A DNA stretch of 58,875 nucleotides from Anaerolineales bacterium (lineage in GTDB: Bacteria > Chloroflexota > Anaerolineae > Anaerolineales > UBA11579): contig JAFGRA010000318.1 of assembly GCA_016935415.1 (NCBI GenBank), forward strand, positions 1 to 58,875, written 5' to 3'. The notes beneath the pieces are model-generated. The model saw only the letters and a list, made by a program, of their open reading frames with translations. It made no database searches and was not told where the DNA came from. Shown here in pieces: positions 46,891 to 56,707 of the stretch; the first letter of the stretch is position 1, and the number at the start of each line of letters is the position of its first letter. Both the position numbers and the translations under genes were made by a program.

Positions 46891-48126
46891 TTATCGGTCT
46901 AGGAGCCACACAGTGACCTGCTCGCCAGCGGAGATGCGCTTTACGCCAGCTGGGATAACGATCAAACCATTGGCTCGTACCAATGAATATAGATTACCCG
47001 AACCTTGATGCCCCGTCAAGCGCGCAAACATGCGGTTATTCTCCTGGTTTATTTGTGCTCGGAGGTAGGTTTCGCGGCCATCCGATTCTACATCTTCCCG
47101 CAAGGTAGCTTGCATTACAGGACGTTCCCAGTTCACCTGACCCGCTAATTTATACAGCGCTGGGCGGAGAAAAACCTCAAAGCCTGCGAATGCCGAAACC
47201 GGGTTGCCCGGCAAGCCCATAAAGGGAATCCCCCTGTAACTGCCAAATGCCAGCGGTTTACCCGGACGCATATTCACGCGCCAGAAATTCAATTCGCCAT
47301 ATTCTTCCACAACCGCGCGCACAAAATCAAACGCCCCTACACTTACACCTGCCGAGGATACAATCAAGTTTACATCACTTTCGGCGGCTTCATCCAGGCG
47401 TTGTTTTACAATTTCAAAACGGTCGGGCACGATGCCCAAGCGGACAATTTCCCCACCGGCAGCTTCGATCAATGCTGAAAGCGTATAGGTATTCGTATCA
47501 CGGATCTTGCCTGGTGTCAGGTCTGCATCAATGGGAAGCAGTTCATCCCCAGTAGACATTACAACCACGCGCGGTTTTTCATAAACAGCGACTGCGCTCA
47601 TCCCCATCATCGCCAACATACCGATATCCTGTGGGCGAATGCGCTGGCCTTTCTTTAATAGCGGCTCTCCTTGCTTGAAATCTTCCCCGCGTGGACGCAC
47701 GTACTGTCCAGACACGGAAGGAGAAAAGATTGCTACATTCTCCGGCAATTGCGCCTCGAGATCACGATAATTGAAATCGGTTTCTTCCACCGGCACGACC
47801 GTATCAGCACCATCCGGCATAGGCGCGCCGGTCATGATACGATGCGCCTGTCCAGCTTTCAAAGATGTTTTCTGCACCGAGCCGGCCGGGATGTCCCCGG
47901 CAACTTCAAGGATCACCGGTGTGTCCTTTGTGGCCACAGCCACATCCGCAGCATACACTGCGAAACCATCCATTGCCGAATTCGAAAAAGACGGCGCGTC
48001 ATATTGTGCCAACACATCCTCCCCCAAAACACTTCCATAAGCCTCTGTCGTCGAGACCCGCGTAATTCCAGTCGGAGACAACGCGTCCAACAACCGTTGA
48101 CGCACCTCAGAAACAGGTAAAAGCAA
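46891..48126 (-). CDS. moeA: Molybdopterin molybdenumtransferase MoeA
   Basis: FSNSAMDGFAV, RIMTGAPMP.GADTVV, MSTGDEL, SSAGVSVGAFDF, MRPGKPLAFG, GLPGNPVSA motifs in canonical order. Confidence 0.9.
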   Translation of the reverse strand: MLLPVSEVRQRLLDALSPTGITRVSTTEAYGSVLGEDVLAQYDAPSFSNSAMDGFAVYAADVAVATKDTPVILEVAGDIPAGSVQKTSLKAGQAHRIMTGAPMPDGADTVVPVEETDFNYRDLEAQLPENVAIFSPSVSGQYVRPRGEDFKQGEPLLKKGQRIRPQDIGMLAMMGMSAVAVYEKPRVVVMSTGDELLPIDADLTPGKIRDTNTYTLSALIEAAGGEIVRLGIVPDRFEIVKQRLDEAAESDVNLIVSSAGVSVGAFDFVRAVVEEYGELNFWRVNMRPGKPLAFGSYRGIPFMGLPGNPVSAFAGFEVFLRPALYKLAGQVNWERPVMQATLREDVESDGRETYLRAQINQENNRMFARLTGHQGSGNLYSLVRANGLIVIPAGVKRISAGEQVTVWLLDR

Positions 48127-48165
48127 CGCTAAAACTCCTTCCTAACCTCATCCTCATCCTACCGA

Positions 48166-50427
48166 TCAGCCCGGCTTGACCCGGCGAGCCTGCAAAACAT
48201 TGGGTAAATTCTCCACCCGGCTGAGCACCCGGCTCAACTGAGCAATATCGTCCACATTTAAGATCAGATCAAAAACCGCCTGGTTCTGCTGCACGTTCAC
48301 GCTAACCGAACTCATGCTGATGTCTTCCTCGGCGATCACGGTAGAAACATCCCGCATCAGCCCTTCGCGGTCGAACGCCTTGATACGCACGGCCACCGGA
48401 TAGGTATTCTTGGCCTCTCCCCAGGAAACCTTTACCAGGCGCTCACGATCGCGGATACGCATAGCATTGGGGCAATCAGAGCGGTGAATGGTCGCGCCGC
48501 GCCCGCGCGTAATATAACCAATGATCTCATCACCCGGGGCAGGTTTGCAACATTTTGCAATCGTGGTCAGTAAGCCCTTCAGCCCCAGAATCGAGATCGA
48601 GCCATCACTCAACTGCACCGCTTTTTCTTCGCGTCCCCCAAACTCGAGTGGCTCTTCCTCCTGGGTCTGCTTCTCGACTAATGTCAAGCGATTGACCAAC
48701 CGCCCCATCGACAAGTCGCCACAACCGACCGCCTCATAAAAATCTTCGGTGTTCTGGAATTCAAAATCTTTCGCTAACCCATCTATCGAAGCATCGGTGA
48801 TATTGAGGCGGCGCAATTCACGATCGAGTTGCGCTTTCCCAATGCTGATGTTCTGTTCACGATCCTGATATTTGAACCAACGCCGGACTTTGGTGCGCGC
48901 CCTTTGGGTATGAACGATTCCAAGGTGTGGATTCAACCAGTCTCGGCTGGGACCACCGCGCTTGGCGGTCAGAATTTCCACCTGATCACCGGTCTTCAAT
49001 TTGTAATCCAACGAAACCAACTTGCCGTTGATTTTGGCGCCCCGGCAGCGATGGCCTACGTCGGTGTGCACGTGATAGGCAAAGTCAATCGGCGTCGATC
49101 CCGTGGGCAGATCGATAATGTCTCCACGTGGGGTAAACGCATACACTCGATCGCTGAAGACATCCGTTTTCATGCTATCCACAAATTCAGTAGCGTCTTC
49201 AACGTCCTGCATCCACTCCATCAACTGGCGCAACCAGATCACGCGCGCCTCATAATCTCGGTCGCGCGGCACGCCTTCTTTATATCGCCAGTGCGCGGCG
49301 ATACCATACTCGGCGCTCTGGTGCATTTCCTGGGTGCGGATCTGTACCTCAAGCGTTTTACCATCATCATACAGTACCGCAGTATGCAAGGAACGATAGA
49401 AGTTATCTTTCGGGGCAGCAATATAATCATCGAATTCCCCTGGGATGGGCCGCCAATGGGTGTGAATCAAACCCAAGATACTATAGCAGGCTGGGATATC
49501 TACCGCCATGATACGGATACCGCGCACATCGCGCACCATTTCAAAGGGCACACCCTTCCGGCTCATTTTCTTAAAGATCGAGTAAATGTGTTTGGGACGC
49601 CCGGAAACCTCAGCCTCGATATTATTCTGGGCAAGTAAATCCTTGATATATTTGACGATATCCTTGAGTTGCTCTTCTCGTTCCGAGCGTCGCTCGGCCA
49701 GCTTGGCAGCAATTTCGCGATACGTGTCCGGATTTTCATGCCGGAAAGCCAGGTCTTCCAATTCCCATTTCATTTGCCAGATTCCCAAACGGCTGGCAAG
49801 TGGGGCGAAAATATCCAGGGTTTGGCGGGCAATCCGGCGGCGTTTACGCTCCGGCACGTAGCCGAGCGTGCGCATATTATGCAGCCGGTCGGCCAGCTTG
49901 ATCAAGACGACGCGCACGTCTTCGCTCATCGCCAGGAAAGTCTTACGCAGGGTCTCCTGGGCTAAATTGGCCTTGCGGCTGCGCTCGAGTTGTTCAGCCT
50001 CTTCCTCTGGGTCAGGCAGCCCGCGCCGAGAAGCCACTTCGGCCTGTTTGGCTTCCTGCGCTTCGCGCTGCTCACTTCTGGCTTGCCCGATACGCGATAC
50101 GCGTGGCAAAGATGTCAGCTTGGTCACCCCATCGACCAGGCGGGCAATCTCTTCACCAAAGTCACGCGTCAGGTCTTCCAGCGTGATCCCGGTATCTTCT
50201 ACCGTATCATGCAACAGTCCCGCCGCGATAACTTCAGGCGGGACATGCATTTCGGCCAGGATCAGCGCTACGGCCAGACAATGATTGACGTAAGGCTCAC
50301 CAGAGGCACGGAACTGATCTTTATGCGCCTCGTCGGCCACACGAAAAGCGCGCTGAATCAGCTCCCGGTCGGCGGGAGTATAACGTGTAGGCAAAGCTTC
50401 CATCAATGTTTCAATGCGCATGGGCAC
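48166..50427 (-). CDS. relA: Bifunctional (p)ppGpp synthetase/hydrolase Rel (RelA/SpoT homologue)
   Basis: HD hydrolase motif LLHDTVEDT, synthetase core YRSLHTAV...EVQIRT..MH..AEYGIAAHW.YKE, TGS domain (VYAFTPRGDIIDLPTGSTPIDFAY) and C-terminal ACT domain. Confidence 0.95.
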   Translation of the reverse strand: MPMRIETLMEALPTRYTPADRELIQRAFRVADEAHKDQFRASGEPYVNHCLAVALILAEMHVPPEVIAAGLLHDTVEDTGITLEDLTRDFGEEIARLVDGVTKLTSLPRVSRIGQARSEQREAQEAKQAEVASRRGLPDPEEEAEQLERSRKANLAQETLRKTFLAMSEDVRVVLIKLADRLHNMRTLGYVPERKRRRIARQTLDIFAPLASRLGIWQMKWELEDLAFRHENPDTYREIAAKLAERRSEREEQLKDIVKYIKDLLAQNNIEAEVSGRPKHIYSIFKKMSRKGVPFEMVRDVRGIRIMAVDIPACYSILGLIHTHWRPIPGEFDDYIAAPKDNFYRSLHTAVLYDDGKTLEVQIRTQEMHQSAEYGIAAHWRYKEGVPRDRDYEARVIWLRQLMEWMQDVEDATEFVDSMKTDVFSDRVYAFTPRGDIIDLPTGSTPIDFAYHVHTDVGHRCRGAKINGKLVSLDYKLKTGDQVEILTAKRGGPSRDWLNPHLGIVHTQRARTKVRRWFKYQDREQNISIGKAQLDRELRRLNITDASIDGLAKDFEFQNTEDFYEAVGCGDLSMGRLVNRLTLVEKQTQEEEPLEFGGREEKAVQLSDGSISILGLKGLLTTIAKCCKPAPGDEIIGYITRGRGATIHRSDCPNAMRIRDRERLVKVSWGEAKNTYPVAVRIKAFDREGLMRDVSTVIAEEDISMSSVSVNVQQNQAVFDLILNVDDIAQLSRVLSRVENLPNVLQARRVKPG

Positions 50428-50542
50428 CTCATCGTTGAAGATTAAGTATAACCATCCCGGTCTTTTGCGGCAAGAGGATTGCGGAACATCTTATATGAAT
50501 CTCATCCAATCGCCAAAATGACAAAGTCGCCTGCGCAGAATC

Positions 50543-50571
50543 TTGACTTCGGTCACGGCGTATGGTAAACT
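50543..50571 (+). promoter_or_regulatory. Sigma-70-type promoter for tRNA-Asp
   Basis: TTGACT (50543-50548), 17-nt spacer, TAAACT (50566-50571), 18 nt before the tRNA 5' end. Confidence 0.5.
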
Positions 50572-50589
50572 ACAGCCCGCTTGACTTGA

Positions 50590-50665
50590 GGTCCCGTGGT
50601 GTAGCTTGGTTCAACATGCCGCCCTGTCAAGGCGGAGATCGCGGGTTCAAATCCCGTCGGGACCG
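50590..50665 (+). tRNA. tRNA-Asp (anticodon GTC)
   Basis: Manual cloverleaf: acceptor GGTCCCG/CGGGACC, anticodon arm CCGCC-CTGTCAA-GGCGG, T-arm GCGGG-TTCAAAT-CCCGT, discriminator G. Confidence 0.9.
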
Positions 50666-50670
50666 CTCAG

Positions 50671-50703
50671 AAAAACCCCGCCTTTTTGCGGGGTTTTTGT
50701 TTT
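50671..50703 (+). terminator. Intrinsic terminator after tRNA-Asp
   Basis: AAAAACCCCGC-CTTTTT-GCGGGGTTTTT hairpin followed by TTTTTGTTTT. Confidence 0.85.
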
Positions 50704-50876
50704 AATGCTCATCGTGATCCATCTTTATAAATTGGGAGGTAGCATGCGTCATGTTACCTCCCAATTACTTATCCACTTTATATTACGAGATCTCATTATA
50801 AGCCGCAACAGGAATTGTACTTTTCACTGGCATGATATCGATTTACAGCTTTGTCGATCCAGAAGCTTCCTTGCGT

Positions 50877-51497
50877 TCATTTTTTCACCGCCTCTTCTTT
50901 CTTTGCCAGATAAGCGAATGCTTCTTCTGTTGGCTCTTCAAAGGTCATTTGCTTTTCGAGACTGATCGATACTCGTTCTGAACCATCTAGAAGCCGGAAT
51001 ATGACTTCTTTACGATGCAGGTAGCCATCATCCTGGCCGAAAAGGGCGCGGATCTCTGTCCCGATTACCGGCAACTCATAACTTATCAATTCCACCGGGC
51101 TATCCTCAAACTCATCCCGGATAACAAAAAGAAGGCCTGCCCCGCCATCCGGCAAGATTTCTTCCGTGATCTGGGGTTGGGAACCGGAAGCTTCAAATTG
51201 GCCCAAGTCCCATAGGAACTGGCTGTCAAAAGCACTCAAGACATACGGCTCCGAGGGTTCAATAGCTCCCGTTGCAGAATTCCATCCAGTACCATCGCTG
51301 TAAACGCCGACCTGCACGATCTGTCCTTCTCCAGAGCGCATGATGCTTACCATTTCGATCACCCGCTGCGATTCGTCTACCCGATACCAAGTATCATTGA
51401 CTTGATGATGAGGGATAGCGATACCATTGGGAAGCACGCCATTGTTTTCGGAATCCCGATCAAGCACCTTCTCTATTCGAATATGAATCCATCCCAC
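50877..51497 (-). CDS. Hypothetical protein (possible C-terminal part of a frameshifted secreted protein)
   Basis: 206-aa ORF with GTG start and no signal peptide. Overlaps the upstream signal-peptide ORF by 25 nt in another frame. Confidence 0.4.
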   Translation of the reverse strand: MGWIHIRIEKVLDRDSENNGVLPNGIAIPHHQVNDTWYRVDESQRVIEMVSIMRSGEGQIVQVGVYSDGTGWNSATGAIEPSEPYVLSAFDSQFLWDLGQFEASGSQPQITEEILPDGGAGLLFVIRDEFEDSPVELISYELPVIGTEIRALFGQDDGYLHRKEVIFRLLDGSERVSISLEKQMTFEEPTEEAFAYLAKKEEAVKK

Positions 51498-51814
51498 AGG
51501 GAGCTGATCAATCGCCTTCTGATTGAGATTTCAACCATTTCGGAAGCGCTGGCGACGATTGCAGTTGCTTCTGCAGTTGGTGGCGAGGTATCCACGGCAT
51601 CCGATTCGCTTGCGTATTCTTCAAGGGCCGGCTGCCCAGATGAGGTAATGTCCAGTTGCCCCTCCCCAGAAGAAGCCAGCTCATTTGCTGCCACAGATCG
51701 ACCGCGAAAAATCCGATCGAAGCCCAATTTTGTACTTGCCAGACCGATACCTATACCAACACTAAACAGCAAAACCACAGATAGAACGAAACGTCTTTTC
51801 ATCGGCATCAACAC
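51473..51814 (-). CDS. Hypothetical signal-peptide ORF (possible N-terminal part of the same gene)
   Basis: MKRRFVLSVVLLFSVGIGIGLAS signal/anchor, then a low-complexity acidic S/A/E region and no globular domain. Confidence 0.35.
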   Translation of the reverse strand: MLMPMKRRFVLSVVLLFSVGIGIGLASTKLGFDRIFRGRSVAANELASSGEGQLDITSSGQPALEEYASESDAVDTSPPTAEATAIVASASEMVEISIRRRLISSLWDGFIFE

Positions 51815-51897
51815 TCCTTTCAGTATGTGTACCAGTCGGAATACATAAGGTGCTGTCTACTTATTATATCGTCGATAAATCTGGATTCAAAGTGGGG

Positions 51898-53565
51898 CTA
51901 TTTCCCCACTTTCACATCACCACACAGGTGCACGTGCAATCCCATTTCAGCAAACATGGCTGCCTTGACTGTCAGGGCCTGATCGGCAACCTCGGCAGAG
52001 GGTGCATAGGCTACGTTGAGATGGTTCGCTTTATGGCGCGCCATCATCTGGTCACGTGTCACGCCATGCAGCACCGCATGCATGATCGGCCATTGCGGTG
52101 TGGTTGCTCGCCAGCGGCGCTCGGTTTCCTCATCCGACAACGCAACCACCGTCGCCCGGCCAATATCGGCGTGCAGCTCATTATCCATCACAAACACGCG
52201 GCTCCACACAATCTCCCCGGGCTTGCTGACACCCTTCAGCGTGCCGCCGCCCAGGCGGAAATACATCGGCGGTTGGCGTTCGCTGGTAGCACCCGTGTAG
52301 CCATTGATAAAATGGGAGGCTGGGGCCGCTCCAGAGATCAAGAATACCCACACATAATCATCGACGCCCTCACCGGTATAATGCTCGCCCCAGCGCAAAT
52401 CATGCAGCGTAGTGGCAGGATCAAGTCCTAGCGCCGTCCACACGCGGTTGGTCACCAGTGCATCTACGGCTGCACCTTCATCCACCTCATTGAAATGCGG
52501 TATCGCTTGCCCGGCGAACAATTCCTCTTTGGTCTCTGGATCAAAGACTGGCGGGCGCTCGACATTATTGAGCAAACCTTCTGCCAGATCAGAGGCTGGC
52601 ACCATATCTTTCAGCCCTTGCTGGTACTGGATTCCGATGGCTGCACAGCCAAATTCGTGCGCAATTCGCACCGCCGCGATATACATCTTCAGTTGCTCCA
52701 AGATTTGCGCATCGGTCAGTTCAGTAGCTTCATCCGTCCCGATCACAAAACGCATCCCGCTCGCATCCAACCAATTGCGTACTTGCTGCGCTTCGGCATC
52801 ACTCACCTTACGCATCCCGGCCACCAACGCAGACTGGCTTAGGCGTTCCTTGTAAATCCCCGTCGGGTTGAGCAGTTCATCATCAATAATGGCATTATAC
52901 ATGCCCATGCAACCCTCATCGAAGATCCCCATGATCGCCTTCTGCTGCTTCAACTGCCGGGCGAGTGCCTTTCCCAATTCCGCTTCTGCAGTTGGCAGCT
53001 TTGAAACGGCCAGGTCACGCACGTGACTGGTATCGTGTGCAATGTGCTGCCCCTGGATCCATTGGCGGATACCACTCAGAAAATACTCGTCCGTGAAATC
53101 TTCGCTCCAGATCGTACTGTAAGTCACCCCCATCTTGGTCAGGCTGCCGTTCAGGTTCAACAATCCTACCAGTCCGGGCCATTGCCCGTTCCAATTCGCT
53201 ACCGTCAGGATCGGGCCGCGATGATCGCGCAGTCCCGCCAACACATGGTGACTGTACTGCCAGACCGCCTCGGCCACGATCAACGGTGCATCAGGATGGA
53301 TGGATTGAAACACATCCATACCCATGCGCTGGTTCCAGATAAAGCCATGCCCCAATGCTTCATCGTAAGGGTGTGCCCGCCGCACAGTGATACCTTCACT
53401 GGCAAAAGCCGCTGTCAATTTTTGCTCCATATCCACCTGGGCAGGCCAGCAGGTTTGGTTCGCAGACAAACGCAAATCGCCGTTGGCAACTAGTAAAACT
53501 TCTTGCGCGCCCACAGGCTGTGGTGAAACTGGTTCGGGAATACGATAGGTCGTCATCTCCATCAT
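51898..53565 (-). CDS. L-fucose isomerase-family sugar isomerase
   Basis: Collinear resemblance to E. coli FucI: N-terminal [10 protein letters not shown] (cf. IGIRPVIDGRR region), [12 protein letters not shown] (cf. ENDSLNGVAML), YFRLGGG (cf. YFRGGG), ...QWP...ANHLNVAY (cf. TWPTTW...ANHGVL). Substrate is not assignable. Confidence 0.6.
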   Translation of the reverse strand: MMEMTTYRIPEPVSPQPVGAQEVLLVANGDLRLSANQTCWPAQVDMEQKLTAAFASEGITVRRAHPYDEALGHGFIWNQRMGMDVFQSIHPDAPLIVAEAVWQYSHHVLAGLRDHRGPILTVANWNGQWPGLVGLLNLNGSLTKMGVTYSTIWSEDFTDEYFLSGIRQWIQGQHIAHDTSHVRDLAVSKLPTAEAELGKALARQLKQQKAIMGIFDEGCMGMYNAIIDDELLNPTGIYKERLSQSALVAGMRKVSDAEAQQVRNWLDASGMRFVIGTDEATELTDAQILEQLKMYIAAVRIAHEFGCAAIGIQYQQGLKDMVPASDLAEGLLNNVERPPVFDPETKEELFAGQAIPHFNEVDEGAAVDALVTNRVWTALGLDPATTLHDLRWGEHYTGEGVDDYVWVFLISGAAPASHFINGYTGATSERQPPMYFRLGGGTLKGVSKPGEIVWSRVFVMDNELHADIGRATVVALSDEETERRWRATTPQWPIMHAVLHGVTRDQMMARHKANHLNVAYAPSAEVADQALTVKAAMFAEMGLHVHLCGDVKVGK

Positions 53566-53793
53566 CCTTTGTGCACAATAGTTTTTAGAAATCGTATTAG
53601 GTTTTCAGCTAAATTTTTGGAATTCAACGAGCATATTATCACAGCCGGGCAAAGCTGTAAATCAGCACGGCTATCCTGAGAATTATTGCTCTAACTTTTA
53701 CATCCGATCACAAGTAATCGCAGAAAAAAGCAGACTATTTGATATACTACTATCCGCTACACTAAAAAATCTAATTCAGCGCTTAGTTGACAA

Positions 53794-55260
53794 ATGACAG
53801 ACAAATTGAAATTCAACCTGGGTAAATCTTTGCCTTTTCTTCAAATTTTTAAGAAGGATGGGAAAACGGATAAGCTGCTTTTAAGTATATTTATCCTAAT
53901 TAATCTACTTGTACTTGTTAATGCCCTCCTGCACCCACCCGAGATCGGCTATGATGCCAACGACCACCTCGAGTATGTGCGCACGCTGCCATTTCAACTA
54001 CCCGACAAAGAAGAAAATCGCGAATTCTTTTCGCCGCCGCTGCCCTACTTCGTGCCTTCCCTCGTCGATGAAGCTTGTGTTGCCATCTTCGGAGAAGAAG
54101 ATTTTGCCGGGCCAGACATCAGCTGTCGCCGGGTAAGCGGAAAATTCGCCCAATTCGTGAATCTGTTGTTGTCAGTTGGATTGACTTTTCTGCTTCTGCA
54201 TATCGCCGAGTTGTTGCACCCCGGCGACCGCATCCTCAAACTCACTACCCTGGCTTTATTAGCCGTGCTAAGTGTATATTACAAAACTTTTGCCCAGGTG
54301 CGTGGCGAACCGTATGTAGCCTTCTTCACCATTTTGGCAATCTTTCTTGTCTTAAAAATCTTGACAGCTGATGACGCTGCCAACTGGAAAGCTGGTATCC
54401 CTTTGGGGATCGCGTTGGGCTGTGCGCTACTCAGCCGCCAATGGAGTATCTTGATCTTCCCGGCGCTCTTTAGCCTGGGATTGCTCATTTTCTTCAAGGA
54501 TAAAGCTTCTGGAATTGCGTTTGGCAAAATCATACTTACCGGGTTACTGGTCGCTTTCGTGGTCAGCAGTTGGTTCTATTTCAGCCTCTATTTCCGCTAT
54601 GGCTCTTTTACCGCCTTCAATCGCCCCCAAACAGAATTTGCCTTCTCAAACATGCCGCGTACTTTCTACCGCAATACTGGCCTGGGCGAACTACAACTCT
54701 TCAAGACACCCCGGCGGCCATTCTTCGATAACCAGTTCATTCCCACCTTCTATTCCGACACCTGGGGAGATTATTGGGGCTATTGGATTCTTGTACGCCG
54801 CACACCTTACCGCAATTGGGTCTGCCCAAACAACATCCAGGAAATTACCCCCTATCTCGGCAGGGCAAACTTCGTGTCCTTGATTCCAACTTTGATCCTG
54901 GCGGGCGGATTTTTACTGGGTAGCCTGAATATCTTCGGTGTGATTATCGAGAAGAGAAAATCAAACACAATACAACTTTTCCATGCCTTCCTGATCCTGA
55001 TCGTCCTCTTCTCATTCGCCGGATATTTGTACTTTGTGATCAGTTACCCGTTTATGACCAATGGTGACACAATCAAAGGCACGTATATGCTGCACATGTT
55101 CATTGCCTTGGTCATGCTTGGTGCAGCTTTCCTTCGATGGGTGACCGAAAGGATTCCCAAGTCAACTTACATATACTTCATTATCCTTGCCCTGGTGTTC
55201 CTGCACAACCTACCGGTCTTCATCACTCGCTATTACGTGATCTGTGAACGCGCCACCTGA
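53794..55260 (+). CDS. GT-C-fold polytopic membrane glycosyltransferase-like protein (ArnT/PMT_2-like)
   Basis: About 12 TM helices. First-loop acidic motif GYDANDHLEYV. No large soluble domain. Confidence 0.55.
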   Translation: MTDKLKFNLGKSLPFLQIFKKDGKTDKLLLSIFILINLLVLVNALLHPPEIGYDANDHLEYVRTLPFQLPDKEENREFFSPPLPYFVPSLVDEACVAIFGEEDFAGPDISCRRVSGKFAQFVNLLLSVGLTFLLLHIAELLHPGDRILKLTTLALLAVLSVYYKTFAQVRGEPYVAFFTILAIFLVLKILTADDAANWKAGIPLGIALGCALLSRQWSILIFPALFSLGLLIFFKDKASGIAFGKIILTGLLVAFVVSSWFYFSLYFRYGSFTAFNRPQTEFAFSNMPRTFYRNTGLGELQLFKTPRRPFFDNQFIPTFYSDTWGDYWGYWILVRRTPYRNWVCPNNIQEITPYLGRANFVSLIPTLILAGGFLLGSLNIFGVIIEKRKSNTIQLFHAFLILIVLFSFAGYLYFVISYPFMTNGDTIKGTYMLHMFIALVMLGAAFLRWVTERIPKSTYIYFIILALVFLHNLPVFITRYYVICERAT

Positions 55261-55284
55261 CTCCAAACCCTTAATCGGCTATAC

Positions 55285-56031
55285 TCACTCAACCGGTTTC
55301 GCTGCAGTTAGATAGCCATAACGTTCATGCCGGTTCTCTGGCAATGGCATATCAAAAAAGATCTCCATTTTCTCCACCACAAAGCCCGCTGCGGTGACCA
55401 ACTCGCGCCACTTCTCTTCATCAAAATCATCTGAAAGCGGCTCAACGGAATACAGCCACCCGCCAGGAGCAATCACCCGGCCGATCTCACCCAGCAAGCC
55501 GGTCGCGGGTACATCCGGTGCATCGTGATGCAACACCCAACCGATCACCACACCTTGGAAGCTATCGGCCGGAAAACATAGCTGCTGCCCAGGACAACAC
55601 GCCGAACGCGTCAGGCCATTTCGGCGCATCAAACGGCAACCCAGATCAAAAGGCTCGACAAAAAAAGCCTGGAGTCCACACGCCGCGTACAGATCGCCAA
55701 AACGTCCCCAGCCCGCCCCCACATCCAGCAACCGCCCGGTCGTCCGCGCAAGGTCTGTCCGCAACAAGTCCAGTTCGATTTTTTCAGCTTCGGAATCGGA
55801 GCGCGCATTGCGAACAGCGAGTTCCGCATAATCCTGCACGGTCGTTTCCCAATCTTTGCCGCGGTTTTTCACCACAATGCAGGCAAAATAAGCATAAGCT
55901 GTGATCGCTTCTTCCAGATCGAAATCCGCGGGGAAATGATCGCCAGTCAAGCGTCTCAACTCATTGCGCGTCAAATCGTATAAAGCCAGATCATCCACTT
56001 CTGTCTCCTCTAACCATGTTGAATTGTCCAT
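55285..56031 (-). CDS. Class I SAM-dependent methyltransferase
   Basis: Motif I LLDVGAGWGRFG, motif post-I FFVEP, later FQGVVIGWVLHH and IAPGGWL. Confidence 0.75.
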   Translation of the reverse strand: MDNSTWLEETEVDDLALYDLTRNELRRLTGDHFPADFDLEEAITAYAYFACIVVKNRGKDWETTVQDYAELAVRNARSDSEAEKIELDLLRTDLARTTGRLLDVGAGWGRFGDLYAACGLQAFFVEPFDLGCRLMRRNGLTRSACCPGQQLCFPADSFQGVVIGWVLHHDAPDVPATGLLGEIGRVIAPGGWLYSVEPLSDDFDEEKWRELVTAAGFVVEKMEIFFDMPLPENRHERYGYLTAAKPVE

Positions 56032-56054
56032 GCCCCCATTGCCTCATCGCTGCA

Positions 56055-56417
56055 CTACCACAAGCAGACAACCTTTTTGCTGCCGCGCATCTCGCCACGC
56101 GTTTTTTCCATATGTCGCAATGTAGCCAGCTCAACTTCCAGATCAATTATTTTTATCCTCAGCCGTTCAGCCAATTCAGCAGTCTCCAGGCCGCCGGTCT
56201 CCGCCAGAACGGTCAGGATTTCCTCTTGGGTTTCACTCAAATGCACATCCCCACCACTCATTTGCGAAAGCACCTGGGCACTGCGTACAGCCCACGGATT
56301 ACAAGCCTTCACCGGCGAAAGCGCACGCATATAGCATACTTCGCAAAGCGTCTGCTCGTGATATTCCATTTCCTCTTCAGAAGGGATTTCCTCTCCGCAG
56401 CGATCACACTTCATCAC
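56055..56417 (-). CDS. Zinc-ribbon plus winged-helix (FeoC/MarR-like) small putative regulator
   Basis: N-terminal CDRC...CEVC ribbon. C-terminal LSETQEEILTVLAETGGLETAELAERLRI... helix-turn-helix-like segment. Confidence 0.45.
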   Translation of the reverse strand: MMKCDRCGEEIPSEEEMEYHEQTLCEVCYMRALSPVKACNPWAVRSAQVLSQMSGGDVHLSETQEEILTVLAETGGLETAELAERLRIKIIDLEVELATLRHMEKTRGEMRGSKKVVCLW

Positions 56418-56440
56418 AAAAACTCCTTGTCAAATAAATA

Positions 56441-56517
56441 GCAATTCCTCAAAATTCTAATCCCCGCAGGAAGTTGCGGTGTATGTTGGAATTTTGTTCC
56501 TGCGGGCATAGAATTGC
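56441..56517. repeat. Composite inverted repeat / structured element in the divergent intergenic region
   Basis: Outer arms GCAATTC (56441-56447) / GAATTGC (56511-56517). Inner 10-bp arms CCCGCAGGAA (56463-56472) / TTCCTGCGGG (56497-56506) around a 24-nt loop. A further hairpin CCCCAG-CAAA-CTGGGG lies at 56545-56560. Confidence 0.5.
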
Positions 56518-56660
56518 TTCTATATTCCTTCTCTCCATTCATTCCCCCAGCAAACTGGGGATATTCTGGAAAAAAGGAATAAAACCCATACGTTCTCATA
56601 GAGCTATTTTACCTGAACCTGGAACCAAAAAATTTTAGAATCCTAATCCACAGCATCCCT

Positions 56661-56689
56661 TTGACTGAATAGCCCTAAGCACATACAAT
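56661..56689 (+). promoter_or_regulatory. Near-consensus sigma-70 promoter for the P-loop kinase gene
   Basis: TTGACT (56661-56666), 17-nt spacer, TACAAT (56684-56689), then GAGGAGGG SD (56691-56698) and ATG at 56708. Confidence 0.6.
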
Positions 56690-56707
56690 AGAGGAGGGCA
56701 TCGAGTA

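Noticed and set aside
48829-49638. 269-aa plus-strand ORF, plus several others between 49586 and 50445
   Set aside because: Antisense to the well-supported rel gene. No motifs, R/H/G-rich composition typical of shadow ORFs in GC-moderate coding DNA.
50606-50965. 119-aa plus-strand ORF
   Set aside because: It starts inside tRNA-Asp and reads through its intrinsic terminator. No SD and implausible composition.
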